Origin: Macrostomum lignano
Lineage: Eukaryota
Length of the DNA: 64,000 nucleotides
Assembly: GCA_002269645.1 (NCBI GenBank)
Contig: NIVC01001300.1
Span: forward strand, 124,001-188,000
Direction of reading: 5' to 3'
The notes under the pieces are model-generated. The model saw nothing but the letters and a program-made list of their open reading frames with translations. It did not search any database and had not been told where the DNA came from. The stretch's first letter is position 1. The number at the start of each line of letters is the position of its first letter. The position numbers and the translations under genes were made by a program. This document shows positions 26,639-38,698 of this stretch, piece after piece.

Positions 26639-27708
26639 AGCGACTATCGGATTTGTAAGACAAAATCGGTTTCAATCAAACTGACAAACCCTGTAAAAAG
26701 CTTTATGGCGATGTTCGGCCTTAAAAATATTTTTGTGCAAAGAGAAAGGTGGAGAGAGAGACAGAGACAGAGCTGTCTCCGTAGTTTTTTTCTGGTTTCT
26801 TCTCACTCTCTACCTCTCGTCCACCCATTCTCTGCTTTTCCTTGCTGTTGCCAGGTTACTGCTGGAGTAAGGGGGGTAGAAAAAGCAGAGATATTCGAAT
26901 GAATGAGAATAGTTTATTTTGCCTCACCCCACCTGTGCACTAAGACCTGCGTCAGACAGGCAGTCAGCAGTCCATCGCCAACGCCTTTAGAAGGCAGCTC
27001 TTAGGCTGTATATAGTTTTGTGTGATGACCAACCATCGAGAAACACACAACGACACACGCCCTATTGTGCAAACTTCGATTTTAGCTGAAAGCACATTGC
27101 AGCGCATCTACGCATCTCAACTGTCCATCCACCCATTCTTTTCTCAGCGTACAGTTTGCATTAGCTAGATATAAGTTTTTATGAATATTGACCCTGCAGT
27201 TCAATTATGTGAGAGAAACGGTTGAGATATGCAAATAATATTCATGGGCGAATAACATGACTCATAAATTAGGTTTTAGCTAGAGACGAAAGCAACTGCG
27301 AATATACAGTGGACAGAGGCGTCTTCTTATAAGAACACTTTGGCCTCCATTTATTGGTCATCATTATAGTATTTATATTCGGCTTTAAAAATATAAAATA
27401 TAAATATAAAATAACATTAAACACTTCGAACCTTATAATCTACCGTTTACCTATTGCGTATATGTTTACTAGCAGATGTTTAAATGATTTACAATGCGGA
27501 AAATTTAGTCGTTAATACTCGTAAAAGCATACAGTAAAGTGCTTGTAATAGTTATGAGTTAAGTCTGAGAAAAGTGGTCTAACGCACATGCAGAAATAAC
27601 TCTGAGCAGCTTGTTTGCAAGTATACATTCTTTTGTAGATTATTTTGTATGTACGAGTAAATGCGTAGTCAGGGGTGGAGCCAGAAGTTGTTTGTAGGAG
27701 GAGGCGCA

Positions 27709-28021
27709 CCAGCAGTGGCACCAGAGGCTTTAGCACCAGAGGCTTTAGCACCAGAGGCTTTAGCACCAGAGGCTTTAGCACCAGAGGCTTTAGCACCAGA
27801 GGCTTTAGCACCAGAGGCTTTAGCACCAGAGGCTTTAGCACCAGAGGCGCCAGCACCAGAGGCTTTAGCACCAGAGGCGCCAGCACCAGAGGCGCCAGCA
27901 CCAGAGGCGCCAGCACCAGAGGCGCCAGAACCAGAGGCGCCAGCACCAGAGGCGCCAGCACCAGAGGCGCCAGCACCAGAGGCGCCAGCACCAGAGGCGC
28001 CAGCACCAGAGGCGCCAGCAC
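27709..28021. repeat. 15-bp minisatellite with two variant blocks (gcaccagaggcttta, then gcaccagaggcgcca)
   Basis: Directly visible. Confidence 0.95.
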
Positions 28022-28242
28022 ACGCACGCACTTAGAATATTAAATATTATCCCAAAAGGAAACGAGAGTGCATATTCTGCATTTTGATCCGGCGCAGAAT
28101 CAATCAAGCTCATAAAAAAATGTAAAAGTACTGCATTAATAATTAAAATTCTTGCAATAAAATTTATACTCTATCTGTTACACTGTTTAAAATATGTCTA
28201 AGGTACATGTCATAAAAAATTCATCCTAGGCGTGCAATATTT

Positions 28243-28460
28243 GAATATAATCCATAGAAATAAAGACTTTCCGTGACAATATTTGCGTTCTCCGGGATTT
28301 TATTTGGTAATATTCAATAATATCCCGTAAAGTCTTTATGTCTATGGTTTATACGAGATTACACATGCCTTTTTCGGGAGTTATTTTCGTAAATCCCTCG
28401 GGCCTCAGGCCCTCGTGATTTAATTATACAAATAACTCCCTCAAAAGGCATGTTTAATCT
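28243..28460. repeat. Double-hairpin palindromic element (MITE-like)
   Basis: Arms ccatagaaataaagacttt / aaagtctttatgtctatgg and gattacacatgcctttt-cgggagttattt / aaataactccc-tcaaaaggcatgtttaatc are imperfect reverse complements. Confidence 0.7.
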
Positions 28461-29067
28461 GATACATAAAAAAGCGTCTTTAAAGTGTTACTCAAAGGAA
28501 ACGAACGTCTGTCTTCTAAAAATTACGCTTTTATTCTCAGTTCACTCAGTGCAGTAAACAGAGTCACGATCGAGATCGTCTCATGAGAAGAATAGAGTTT
28601 TCAATCTCAGTTCTCATTAGTCGTTACGCTCGTATTAATTGGCAAAGTGATGAAGATTTCAAGGCTAGGTAGGAGGGCTAATTGAGATTAGGACAAGCCC
28701 AATTACAGTGAGTTGTACGCCTACAAAATGCCGCCTACAAAAGTCCAATTATCTACTCGTAGTTCCAGAACGAAGTGAAATTCATACGTGCCATTTTACT
28801 GTTTTAGTCAACGATTCATTCCCAGTTCCAGTTTCTTCCGTGTTCGAAATTTCTTAATTAGTTTAACAACATGCGAGTGGGTGGAAGGTACTAGTTACTA
28901 GTAATTAACTTTAACTCAACTTTAGCGGAACGTGAGTGGGTGGCTGAACTTTTAATTTATCGAAAAACAGATCAAGAGAATGGTAATATGTTAAAATGGA
29001 CATTAAAGCAAATGAACTCACTGCAGCGCTCGTTTACATGAAGTTGTCTCACCATTTATCGTCTCTT

Positions 29068-29326
<259 letters not shown>

Positions 29327-29444
29327 ACTACGTAGCACGCAGAAACTGCAGGGTTTTCAGATGTTTTGACGCAAAAAACGCAAATTATACTACTATCTGA
29401 AAAATGAAGTAAGTAGTATACAAAAACGCTATCCTAAGCGTGAT
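29327..29444 (+). repeat. Left terminal inverted repeat (~118 bp), beginning ACTACGTAGCACGCAGAAACTGCAGGG
   Basis: Reverse complement of 38699-38815. The outer ~94 bp differ only by one A-run indel; the inner ~24 bp carry several mismatches. Confidence 0.95.
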
Positions 29445-29977
29445 GTGGCAATATGTAGTCGTAATAATCCATGTGCTCATATTAATTCCATGTACAATAA
29501 TCCCTATCTATCTCAAATTGTACATTAATTCCATGTACATTAATCCCTAAATATCTCAAATTGTACATTAATTCCATGTACATTAATCCATATCTCAAAT
29601 TGTCCATCCCCAATTCTATATGTACAGTGTCATCCCCAGCGCGCGCACCAAAATTACATGTACAATACTACATGTACGCAGAGGCGAGAATTACTAATCT
29701 CATCTACTACCAAATGAGTCAACTAACAGTGTAGCGTACATCATGTATAAGTATTTACAATGAAGATATATTTACATTTAATCAGTAGCATATTACAGGA
29801 ATCGAGACATGTACACCATCACCAGCAAATAGAATATACAGAAAATTTTACATTGTTTTTTCAATAATTTTCTCTTCATAAATGATTTTAAACAGGTTTG
29901 ACATGTAAAATATGTACAACAATAAATAGATTTTACTCAGTCAAATTTAACACGATATCTATTAAGCAAGGGCCACA

Positions 29978-32900
29978 TTATTTATAACCATAAGGCCTGC
30001 TGCAGGCCCCGTACACGCGCTTCGTCAGGACGCGCTGAAACGTCTTGTCCATACTAACAGTGTGTATGGTACAAGACGCCTTGTCGCGCCTAAACTGAAG
30101 CTGCGGCAGCTGCAGGGAGCCGCCGTGTAGTAGGGCACTGCGCAATTCGTCGCTGCGTTCCCGAATCTCCGGAGTCAGGCGGATGCCCTTGCATTTCAGG
30201 ACCTGACTCCGGACACCGGCCGCATCCTCGACAATGTAAGTGTAGAGCTTGGGCCCTCCACTTACAAAGTCGGTCATCCGGCTGCCTGCGGGCACCTCGT
30301 CGGTCCACATTCCGAGGCTCGTGCCATGGGGCGGCTCCCATTGGCCCTCGGAATGCCGGTAAACGACCCTGGGTGTGGGGAGAGAGATAATTAGTTCCAC
30401 ATGCCAACTATTCAATTCTAAAAGAATTTATCAATGCAATACTTACGAGTCAGTGTCGCAGTAAATGGCCCGTTCGCCGAGCCCCTCCAAAGCCTCGTAC
30501 AGGCGCAGCCGGGCCTGCGTGGTCGTAAAGACTCCGATTGGCACATTGGAGTACCTGAATGGCCGCTGATTAAAGTAACGGTGCCGGTACTCTAGCAGCA
30601 TAAACTCGCTGCCAATCGGTTCGCAGGCCTTGACTTTGAGGTTGGGGTCGGTCAGCCGGGCGAGCCAGTCCTCGTAGCTGGATACTATTTCGGTCGATGT
30701 CAGGTCGTCACGCTGACAAAATTTGCCCCAGAGCCTGTGTGTAGTGAAAAGAAGTGCTACTGTTAGTAGAAGAAGAAATCGTTTTAAAAACAGAATTTAT
30801 AATTACTTACGAATTCAAAAAGATTTTCGCTACAAAGCGAAGTCCTGGGTTGGGCTCGACCTTGTCCAGCGTGACGCCCTCCTTTGCAAAGAAATCGGCA
30901 ATGTAGGCGGCCTTGTCTTCATCCGACATGCCGGGGGAGCCGCTCGACTCAGCCTTCAGCTTGAGGAAGGTGCTAACATAGTCACTGAACAGGCCGGTCC
31001 GCTTCTCTGTCCAGTAGGCTAGCGCGTGCACCACCTGCAGTCGGTAGCCCAACTGGAAGGCCTTCCTCAGCTCCGGCGTTGCCCAGGTACCAGTCAGTGC
31101 CCGCTGCTCGTCTGAGTGGTCACAATCGTCGCCGCACTGCTGCTCCATACAGGTGCGGCAAAGCCCAAAAAAGAGCTTCTTTTGCACTCTGTAGGGCAGC
31201 AGCGGAATGTGCAAATCTGACGGCGGCAACACAGTCACTTTGGCAATACCAAAGTAACTAGCCAGCGCGTCAGAATCTAGCACTTGCGGCGTAGGATGTT
31301 GCACCGGGTGGCCAATCGGGTACGGGTCCTTCGACTGCACCGTCGGGTACAGAGAGACCTGCAAGTTGAAATAAAACATTATTTTCATAAACTGTATTTT
31401 TGCAAAACATTCTACTATATCAGTAGTATCACTACTCACCACATCCCGATATTTGAGAGTCTCAGTCTCGCTGGCCACAGCATGCGGGATAAAACATTCT
31501 ACGCGGCCGCCGTAGAGAGCATCTTCCATCTTGAGTGGAGCGCGCAGATGTGCAGTTGCGGCAATGAAATCGGCCTGCGACGCCAATACAGTGTCGTATT
31601 CGTGCTCCCAAATGACTCGAACACTGTAATTGTGCCGCTCCAACTCGCGAGTGAACCACTCAGTCTCGTGGCGGATATGGCTCAGAGGCTGCCGTTTGAG
31701 TGGGTGGACAGCATCCTGATCAGGCATGCACTGCTCGCAGCCATGGTAGAAACAGCCATGAAACTGCAAGACAGTGTTGCTCGCCTCATCGAAGCCGTCC
31801 ACCTTGCGGCCGAGAATGACAGCCTCGCCGCCAGTAGAGTCGCAGGTTCGCAGCCGCCCGCCAAATTCGGTGGCATTCAAATAGGCCAGCCACTTGCGCG
31901 CCTTGAATGACTGCTGGTCGGCCTGCCGGGCAATCACGCCGACCGAGTTGGGCTCCATAAACCGGGTGGTGAAAACGGCCATTGCCAAACTGGCAATCGT
32001 ATTGGCCTGAACAAACGGTTCCAGGCCGTCACAAATTTCACCAATTATTGTCCTGTACTTGATGCAGCCCTCGCGAAGCAGGACTGTGTCGCTCAAACAA
32101 TAATCGAGATACTCCCGATTAAAGTTGAACAACTCGCCCTGTCGCGAGGCTAGCCAAGCACAGATTGAGTCATAGTCCTTGTTTGCTTTGCCGCCATAAT
32201 ATTCAATAGCCGGGTAGGGGCCCACGTAGTTCCAATTAGCCGGCTTGTTGAACTCGTGGGGAAACGTCCCCTTGGCCAGCTTTGTGTCAGCGAGCCCCAG
32301 CGCTTTTGGGAATTGCGCAAGCGGGATTGGTATAAAGTTTAGAGAATCTTTGAATACCAATTTATCCACCGTCATGCTCATTAGCCGGCTGCCCTGGAAC
32401 AGAACTTGGGGCCGCTTCTTGGCCAGGCCGTTGAGCAGAGCGCCAAGCAGTAGAAACGAATCGTAGCCTGATGCATTGTGCGCGACAACAATGGCGCCGC
32501 CGCGGAATGTGGTGCTCAGCCAGGTGAAAAAAGCATTCAGCGAGGCCGGGCCCACAGCCACAAAATCGGCCATTTGGCAGGCGCAGTCTGAGTGGCTGAC
32601 GCAATTGGAGAATTCCTCCCCCAGATCGCGGCCAGTCAGACAGTTGGCGGCGCTATGCAGGCCATTGCAGAGGCGGCAAGTCTCGCGCGGAAAAGCCCGG
32701 CCGGAGCAGGTCTCGCAGCACGTGACGGCAGTCACCAGATGCACGTGATGCTGCTTCTCATCATCCGTGTATGTTTCCGTATCGTAGAACACGTACGGCA
32801 TAGTCGAAGCTTTCACTTTGGGAGCCTTGACGAAGCACAAATGCGAGCCGGCCTCGTCGTACTGTTTACACAGTGGGCACTTGACATGCCCGCACTTGTG

Positions 32901-35305
32901 ATCCGGCTCCTTTTGACCGGCTTTCAGGTCTTCGCAATACCCGCAATTGGGGCAGACACGGGTTGAGCTGCAGCGCGACCGGCCAGCCCGGTTCTTGCGA
33001 AGGTGGTTGTCGAAGCACTGCTGATTGTAGCACTTGAGGCCACAATCAGCGCAGCGCTTATAGTCACACCGCAGGCTCTTGCAATTGGAGCCAGGCGCTT
33101 TGCATTGAGGGCAGGTGTTGGCGCACTTGTGCTCTCCAGAGTTGCAATCATACGGCTGCTGGCAGCGGTCACAATAGCGGCGGGCTCCGAAAAATGGCGG
33201 CACCTTGCACACCGCGTTAAAGTGTTCGCCAATTAGGTGCAGATTCAGCACTTCGCGGCCGGGTAGGGCGTACACGCACGTATTGCCCTCCTCGGCACTG
33301 TACACCCGGACGCCGAAATCTCGGCCGGGCGACTGAGCGTTCATGGCGGCGAGCAGTTGGGGGAGCACGTCAACCCCGAAAGGCCCGGCCTGTGTGATGG
33401 TTGATAAAGACTACAACATTTGTATATTAATAAAAATGCAAATTAAAATGCGCAAGAACATTTTTTACTCACCGAATACAATTTGGCGGTAATTTGTAAT
33501 TCTCCAGTAAGCTTCTTCTGCATTGGGGAGTCGGCCTTGATTGTTTGCCACGTAGTTCTCGTGATGACTTTGGCCTGCAGGTCGGCAAAGGCCTTGGCGA
33601 CAAGCAGCGCTCGAATTAGACAGCGCTTGTCGCTGTTGGCGATGATGACATAATTATAGCCCATAGCATGCCTGGCCTGAATGTGGCGCTCCGCCGCATC
33701 TAAGCTGCCGCAGCCGCCCCGCGGGACCCAGGCCTTGAGCAAAAACAATTTAAAGTTGTTGCCCAAGACGCTGGAGTCCGACTGCAGCACCTTGTTGATA
33801 TGCTTGAAGACAAGCTCTGCAGTGAAGCGGCTGCGGCGGACGGGCGGGACATTGATGGCGAGCATCATATTGTCCGCCGTCAGCTTAGATGCGACGAAGT
33901 CATCTGCATTCAGGTCGGCGCAGAGGGTTGCTATTATTTTCTCAAATGTTGAGCGAATATCGCTCAAATTTGTGAATACTATCTCGTATTCGACCCCTTT
34001 TGCCTTAAATTTTGGCAGGGCCTTTGCCCCGCCAAGACGCGCAATGAAACCTGAAAAATGGAGGGTTTTGAAATTAGAATTGCGAGAGGCTGCAGGTGAA
34101 TGACTCATGAAATCAACTCCTTACCATCGCCTTCGACAGTGTCGGGCTGGGGCGGGGGTTGAAATTGAGCCAAATCTGCAATAAAAATGCGCATGGCGAC
34201 TAAAATTCTGACCGCTTGGAATTTTACAACTGTCAAAAACTTTTGATGATTGCCTGCAGCAGCAGCAATTTTATCGCCCCACCCCAAGCAACAAAAATCG
34301 GCGAGTTGTAAAAACCCCAACTCGGCACGTTCCGACACGTAGCAACAAAAGAAATGTGGGGTTGATTGACCCCCGCTTCGAATTTTAGGCTGTCAAAAAT
34401 GTTTGATTGATGACCCTGATAACACTGATCCTGCCGCAGCAGACATTGTAAAATTTAAGAAAACCCCTATCAGCACGTGCCTCCATTGTACCTCCTTGAC
34501 ACCTAGCAACAATACCGCGCGGCCGCTTTTGGATTTTTAAAGCTGTCTGATTAATAACCCTCACTGTAGCAGCCAAGTTTTATTGCTGCCAAAACCCCTA
34601 CTGTCAATTGCAGCGGTGATTACATAATCATGCCCAAAAATCGGGGGTTGATTTTATCACTGCCGCCTGCCCGCCCCCCGCTAAGTCACGCGCTCGCCAC
34701 AGGATTGCTGTTTTTGCTTCTCTAGTCACATAACCCCAGAAATTTTATGACTATCCTCTACAGGCATTATCCGGCTATACTGCTGTTGCGGATATTCTCT
34801 AAAACTCTGTTATTTCAATAGGCCTGAATTTGAGAAATCCAACTTCAACATCTATGTCAAGAGGAAATTCAGAAATTTTAAGCCAAAATGAATGTTAAAG
34901 ATGGAAAGATGTGGCTTCAAAGAAAGCCCATATTTCAACAAGCGTTAAGTTTGCAAATCACACAAATGCTAAAGCTGAAAAGCAATTACAGAAATTTTAA
35001 GCCAAAATGAATGTTAAAGATGGAAAGCTGTGGTTTCAAAGAAAGCCCATATTTCAACAAGCGTGAAGTTTGCAAATCACACACAAATGCTAAAGCAATT
35101 ATACAGCCCTATTTTTCTGATTTTAGATTTTGCAAATGCTAAAAGCATAGTTTAACGCGCGCAGAGACTCACCTAGCTGTCGTCCCCTCTTTGCTGCCGG
35201 AGGCTGATGCTGCTGCTGTTGTTGCTGCGGTTGCTGCCTGGATGGGCCGGCCTGCCCCCACAAGGCTGAAATAGCCGCTTCCGCAGCAGAGCGCTTCGAT
35301 GCCAT
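29978..35305 (-). CDS. pPolB: Protein-primed family B DNA polymerase (Maverick/Polinton type), ~1,312 aa, 7 exons
   Basis: Exons 35305-35173, 34175-34125, 34050-33473, 33389 (or 33410)-31440, 31358-30811, 30734-30447, 30368-29978 total 3,939 nt, in frame with no stops. Motifs: DKRCLIRAL, Cys-rich zinc region, ExoI FYDTET, ExoII HNASGYD, ExoIII YCLSD, YGGRVE, Pol A DVVSLYP, Pol B KIFLNSLWGKF, Pol C YCDTDS, GPKLY, KCKG. Exons 1-2 are the least certain. Confidence 0.92.
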
Positions 35306-35491
35306 TTCGATGGGGAAGGTAGATGGTTGTTGATGCTGCTGGTGATGTTAATGATGCTGCTGCAGCTGATGTTAGAGGCAGAGGGCTGGTGGCTGTCGTT
35401 GCTTCTGCTGTTGCTGCTAGCTGTGATGCTGCTGTTGTGGCTTCTGCTGCTGGCTGCTTTTGCTGATGCGGCTGCAGCAGCTCTCACCCGC

Positions 35492-35499
35492 TTTATATA
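35492..35499 (-). promoter_or_regulatory. Candidate TATA box (TATATAAA) for pPolB
   Basis: ggTATATAAAgcgg on the minus strand, ~190 nt upstream of the ATG at 35305, following a GC-rich stretch. Confidence 0.6.
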
Positions 35500-35569
35500 C
35501 CCCGCGAGAGGGAGGATGGGGTAGGGGCACGAGAGGTGTGCGTGGTTTTCTTTCCCGGGTCTATATTTT

Positions 35570-36037
35570 CTAGATTAGTGTACGATTGTACACTCGGTTC
35601 CGCATTTGGTATAGAAAAGTTGGGGTCGAAAATACCCCATAAATTCTTTTCTCATGCGGTTTTTTATTGGATCTGAGCGGAGCCACCCAACCAGCATTCT
35701 CGCAGGAGTGGAAACTGCTGCTCCGCGCGCCAGAGTACAGTCTCTTAATTAGGAAGACAGCTTCCTCTTGCAGCATGTCTTTTCGACTTAAATCTGATAG
35801 AAAACGGTGTTTATTCAAAATACAATACCTTGGCGGACCAATAATAGCTAAATACAGATGAAAATATGAAAGATAACTTCTGTGGTTTTTAAGGCCCGCC
35901 GGTCTCTGCGAGAAAATGGTTGTTAAAAATCGCTGTATCAATTTAATAACCTTGGTGAAATGGGGCTTGTGTGCAAAGCATCCGATTGACAGAGGCTTGG
36001 TGAAGAGTAATAGTCGATGAAAAGCTCTTGCCATCAT
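35570..36037 (-). CDS. Hypothetical 155-aa ORF inside the element, no recognisable family
   Basis: ATG-initiated, non-repetitive ORF in AT-rich DNA, co-oriented with and just upstream of pPolB; no motif recognised. Confidence 0.25.
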   Translation of the reverse strand: MMARAFHRLLLFTKPLSIGCFAHKPHFTKVIKLIQRFLTTIFSQRPAGLKNHRSYLSYFHLYLAIIGPPRYCILNKHRFLSDLSRKDMLQEEAVFLIKRLYSGARSSSFHSCENAGWVAPLRSNKKPHEKRIYGVFSTPTFLYQMRNRVYNRTLI

Positions 36038-38698
36038 CTAAAATATCCACAAAGAGTAATGAAGTGACGGAGATCCTCTGTCACAAGCCAAAACAGAGAG
36101 ACAGAGTTTTCTACTTCTGTTTACGTAATGTTTAGGGATGGACCTGGGGTTATAGGGACAGAGAGTCAGTTATGGCATTTACGCGGTAGTAAAGAATTGC
36201 CTTGGTGAGGCTGGGGTAGGTGTTGTGCTGTTCTCTCCATATTGACGAACATTAATAGTCCTGGGTTGAATTTTGATATGGCTAGAATGTATGTAGTGGA
36301 GAATCTTTGAATTGAAGGGTGATTCAACATGCAAAGTATGCAACAAAACTGATTCAGTGCATCTAAAAGAGGCTGTTGGGAGCTTCGGAACTGAGAATAA
36401 CGTTTAAAATAGCATCAATGGCATGATTTAGTAATCGAAATCAATCGAACACTGAAAACTTTAAGTTTAATAGCAGACTGTGTTTTTAGCCCCAATTTTT
36501 ACAGTGTCTATACAATATTTCCCCAGCTTCTTGGGCAATATACATGCCTATTTGAATGATTAAACAGCATTTGTGATGATTTATTAGCTAACATTATTAT
36601 CTCTATTGATAAAATGACAGATTTCGATCCATAAAGTAAGCATTTTAACGTTAAAAATCGAAAAAATGAGGAAAACTCGTGGTTTTCGTGAAAAAGTTTG
36701 CATTTCTAATAAATTTTTACCATTAATCAACCATTTCTTAGGCTGGGCTGGCTTGTGGACTTCCGTGTGGGATCATTCTTGCTTCGAAGCCGTCTCAAGT
36801 AAAGTTGAAACGGCATTTGGGTAAATTAACTGTTGAAGTTTCCAGTGATGAAATTACTGATTTTGATCAACAAAGTCTAACTTTTAACGTTAAAATTAAA
36901 GAAACTGTAGAAAACTCGCCTTTTATGAAATGTGCTTTTTACGAGCTACTAATTTAGCTTTTAATAAACTTGGACGGAATTCCAACTTGGAGAGGTCAGT
37001 GGGTGATTCATTCCTGCTTCGAGCGATCGAACTTTCATAGAGTCTGAAAGCTTGAAGTGAGAGGGTAGTGGAAGCGATAGAATTGGCATAGCAGCACGTT
37101 TTTGGGCGGGTGGACTTCACTACTTCTAGTATACCGCATTGGTCATAGTGCCAAAGTATTTCTGTGACAAAACACATCTATAGAATTCAGTCTCGGAATT
37201 GAATGCAGAGGAGACACTGATTCATAGGCTGTGTACATTGACAGATGCAGGGGTATTGGGTCGATGCAGTTGGAGGTTGACTCGGATTTGCTCAGATTCG
37301 TGGGGTTGATGTGTGCATTGAAAGTTAGTTTCTTGCTAACTGGGGCGGCATGGATGACGTAATTGGAGAAGAGGGGTTTTGCTGAATGAGGTTTAATATA
37401 GGGTCCGTGCTGTGAAAAGATCTGTTTGAACACTGAAATGGAGAGAGGGGTTGGAATTCCTTGGCATTTAGAAGGGTGCAGAGAGAAACAGGGACAAGTG
37501 GTTCAATTCGATTTGCTATATAGGGGTCTGCTGAGGGGTGGATGTTTTCGAACAAGTCTTGGGGTTGAATTTTGAATATGGCCGGAGATAAAGGGTGATT
37601 CAACATGCAACATAATTAATTCCATAGTGCACACCAGCGTCAGTGGCATATTTTGCGGATTACAGCGCGACAAGGGTCTTGTATCATCCGCACTGTGATA
37701 CGAAGCATATAAAACATTGCTTTCACAGTCTTGAATTTAGAGGCCGACTAAATAAATCGTATACGTATCATATATATACGTCTTTTGAAAACTTTTTTGA
37801 CTCGGGGAGAGGGGTTGGGAATGACGTAATTGTCTCGGAGTGGCGACGAGGGCTGAATTCTAGAGGGATGAAGTATAAAAGGAGTGGATATAACAGTGTG
37901 GACAGCAATTTTTGGCTAACTCATGCACCTCCTCCGCCAATTTTGGGGATGGGCGGCGGTTTCTGCGTACACTGTTTGCTTTTTGAGGGTCAGCGGAATA
38001 TGAAGAGTTAATTCTTGGATGTGCGGCCGCTTTGCAAATTTTGGGTATAATTTGGGTGGGTGGGCGCTTCTGCATGCTCTCTGTTTCAACTATTGAAAAT
38101 AGTTGAAAATAAACATGATATCAGCTTTTTCAATATAAAAATGTAAAATTATGAATGTAATCTTTTTCAGTAAGAATCTCGACTTGTAAACTCTACTAAT
38201 GGTAGTATGGCGTAATCAGTTACATTTGGTTTTGAGTAATTCACATATAAATATGCATATATGACGTGTTCTGTAAAACTTGGATGTTAGTTGACTCATT
38301 TGGTAGTAGGTGAGATTGTACAGTTGGCGCGCACACACCGACCCACCTCTGCGCATATACTGTGCTGTACACGTAACAATTAGTGTTTCGAGTTGTACAT
38401 ATAATCTTGTGGGGTTGACGATTCAAATACGCAGAGCGGGGGCCGTCGTGTAGATTGGGGATTAATGTACATAATGTACTGTACATATAAAAATTGTCAT
38501 AGAAGTAGATTAATGCGCAAGTGTACATATAGAAGGACTGTACAAGTTGACAATACACATGTAGAATTGGGATAGACATGGAAGTAGACAATGTACATAT
38601 ACAATTTGAGATAGATAGGGATTAATGCAGTACATGGGATTAATGTACACATATGAGTACATGGATTAATGTACATATACGAGTACATATTAAAGTAT

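Noticed and set aside
27512-28113. Elastin- or antifreeze-like repeat proteins (APEAL, GASGA, VLAPL)
   Set aside because: 15-bp minisatellite open in all frames; no signal peptide or flanking exon support.
30807-33368. The 853-aa ORF as the complete polymerase
   Set aside because: It is only exons 4-5 read through an in-frame intron; motifs B and C and the N-terminus lie in other exons.
31284-34103. Plus-strand ORFs (208, 140, 124 aa and others) overlapping pPolB
   Set aside because: Antisense shadows of a GC-rich coding sequence.
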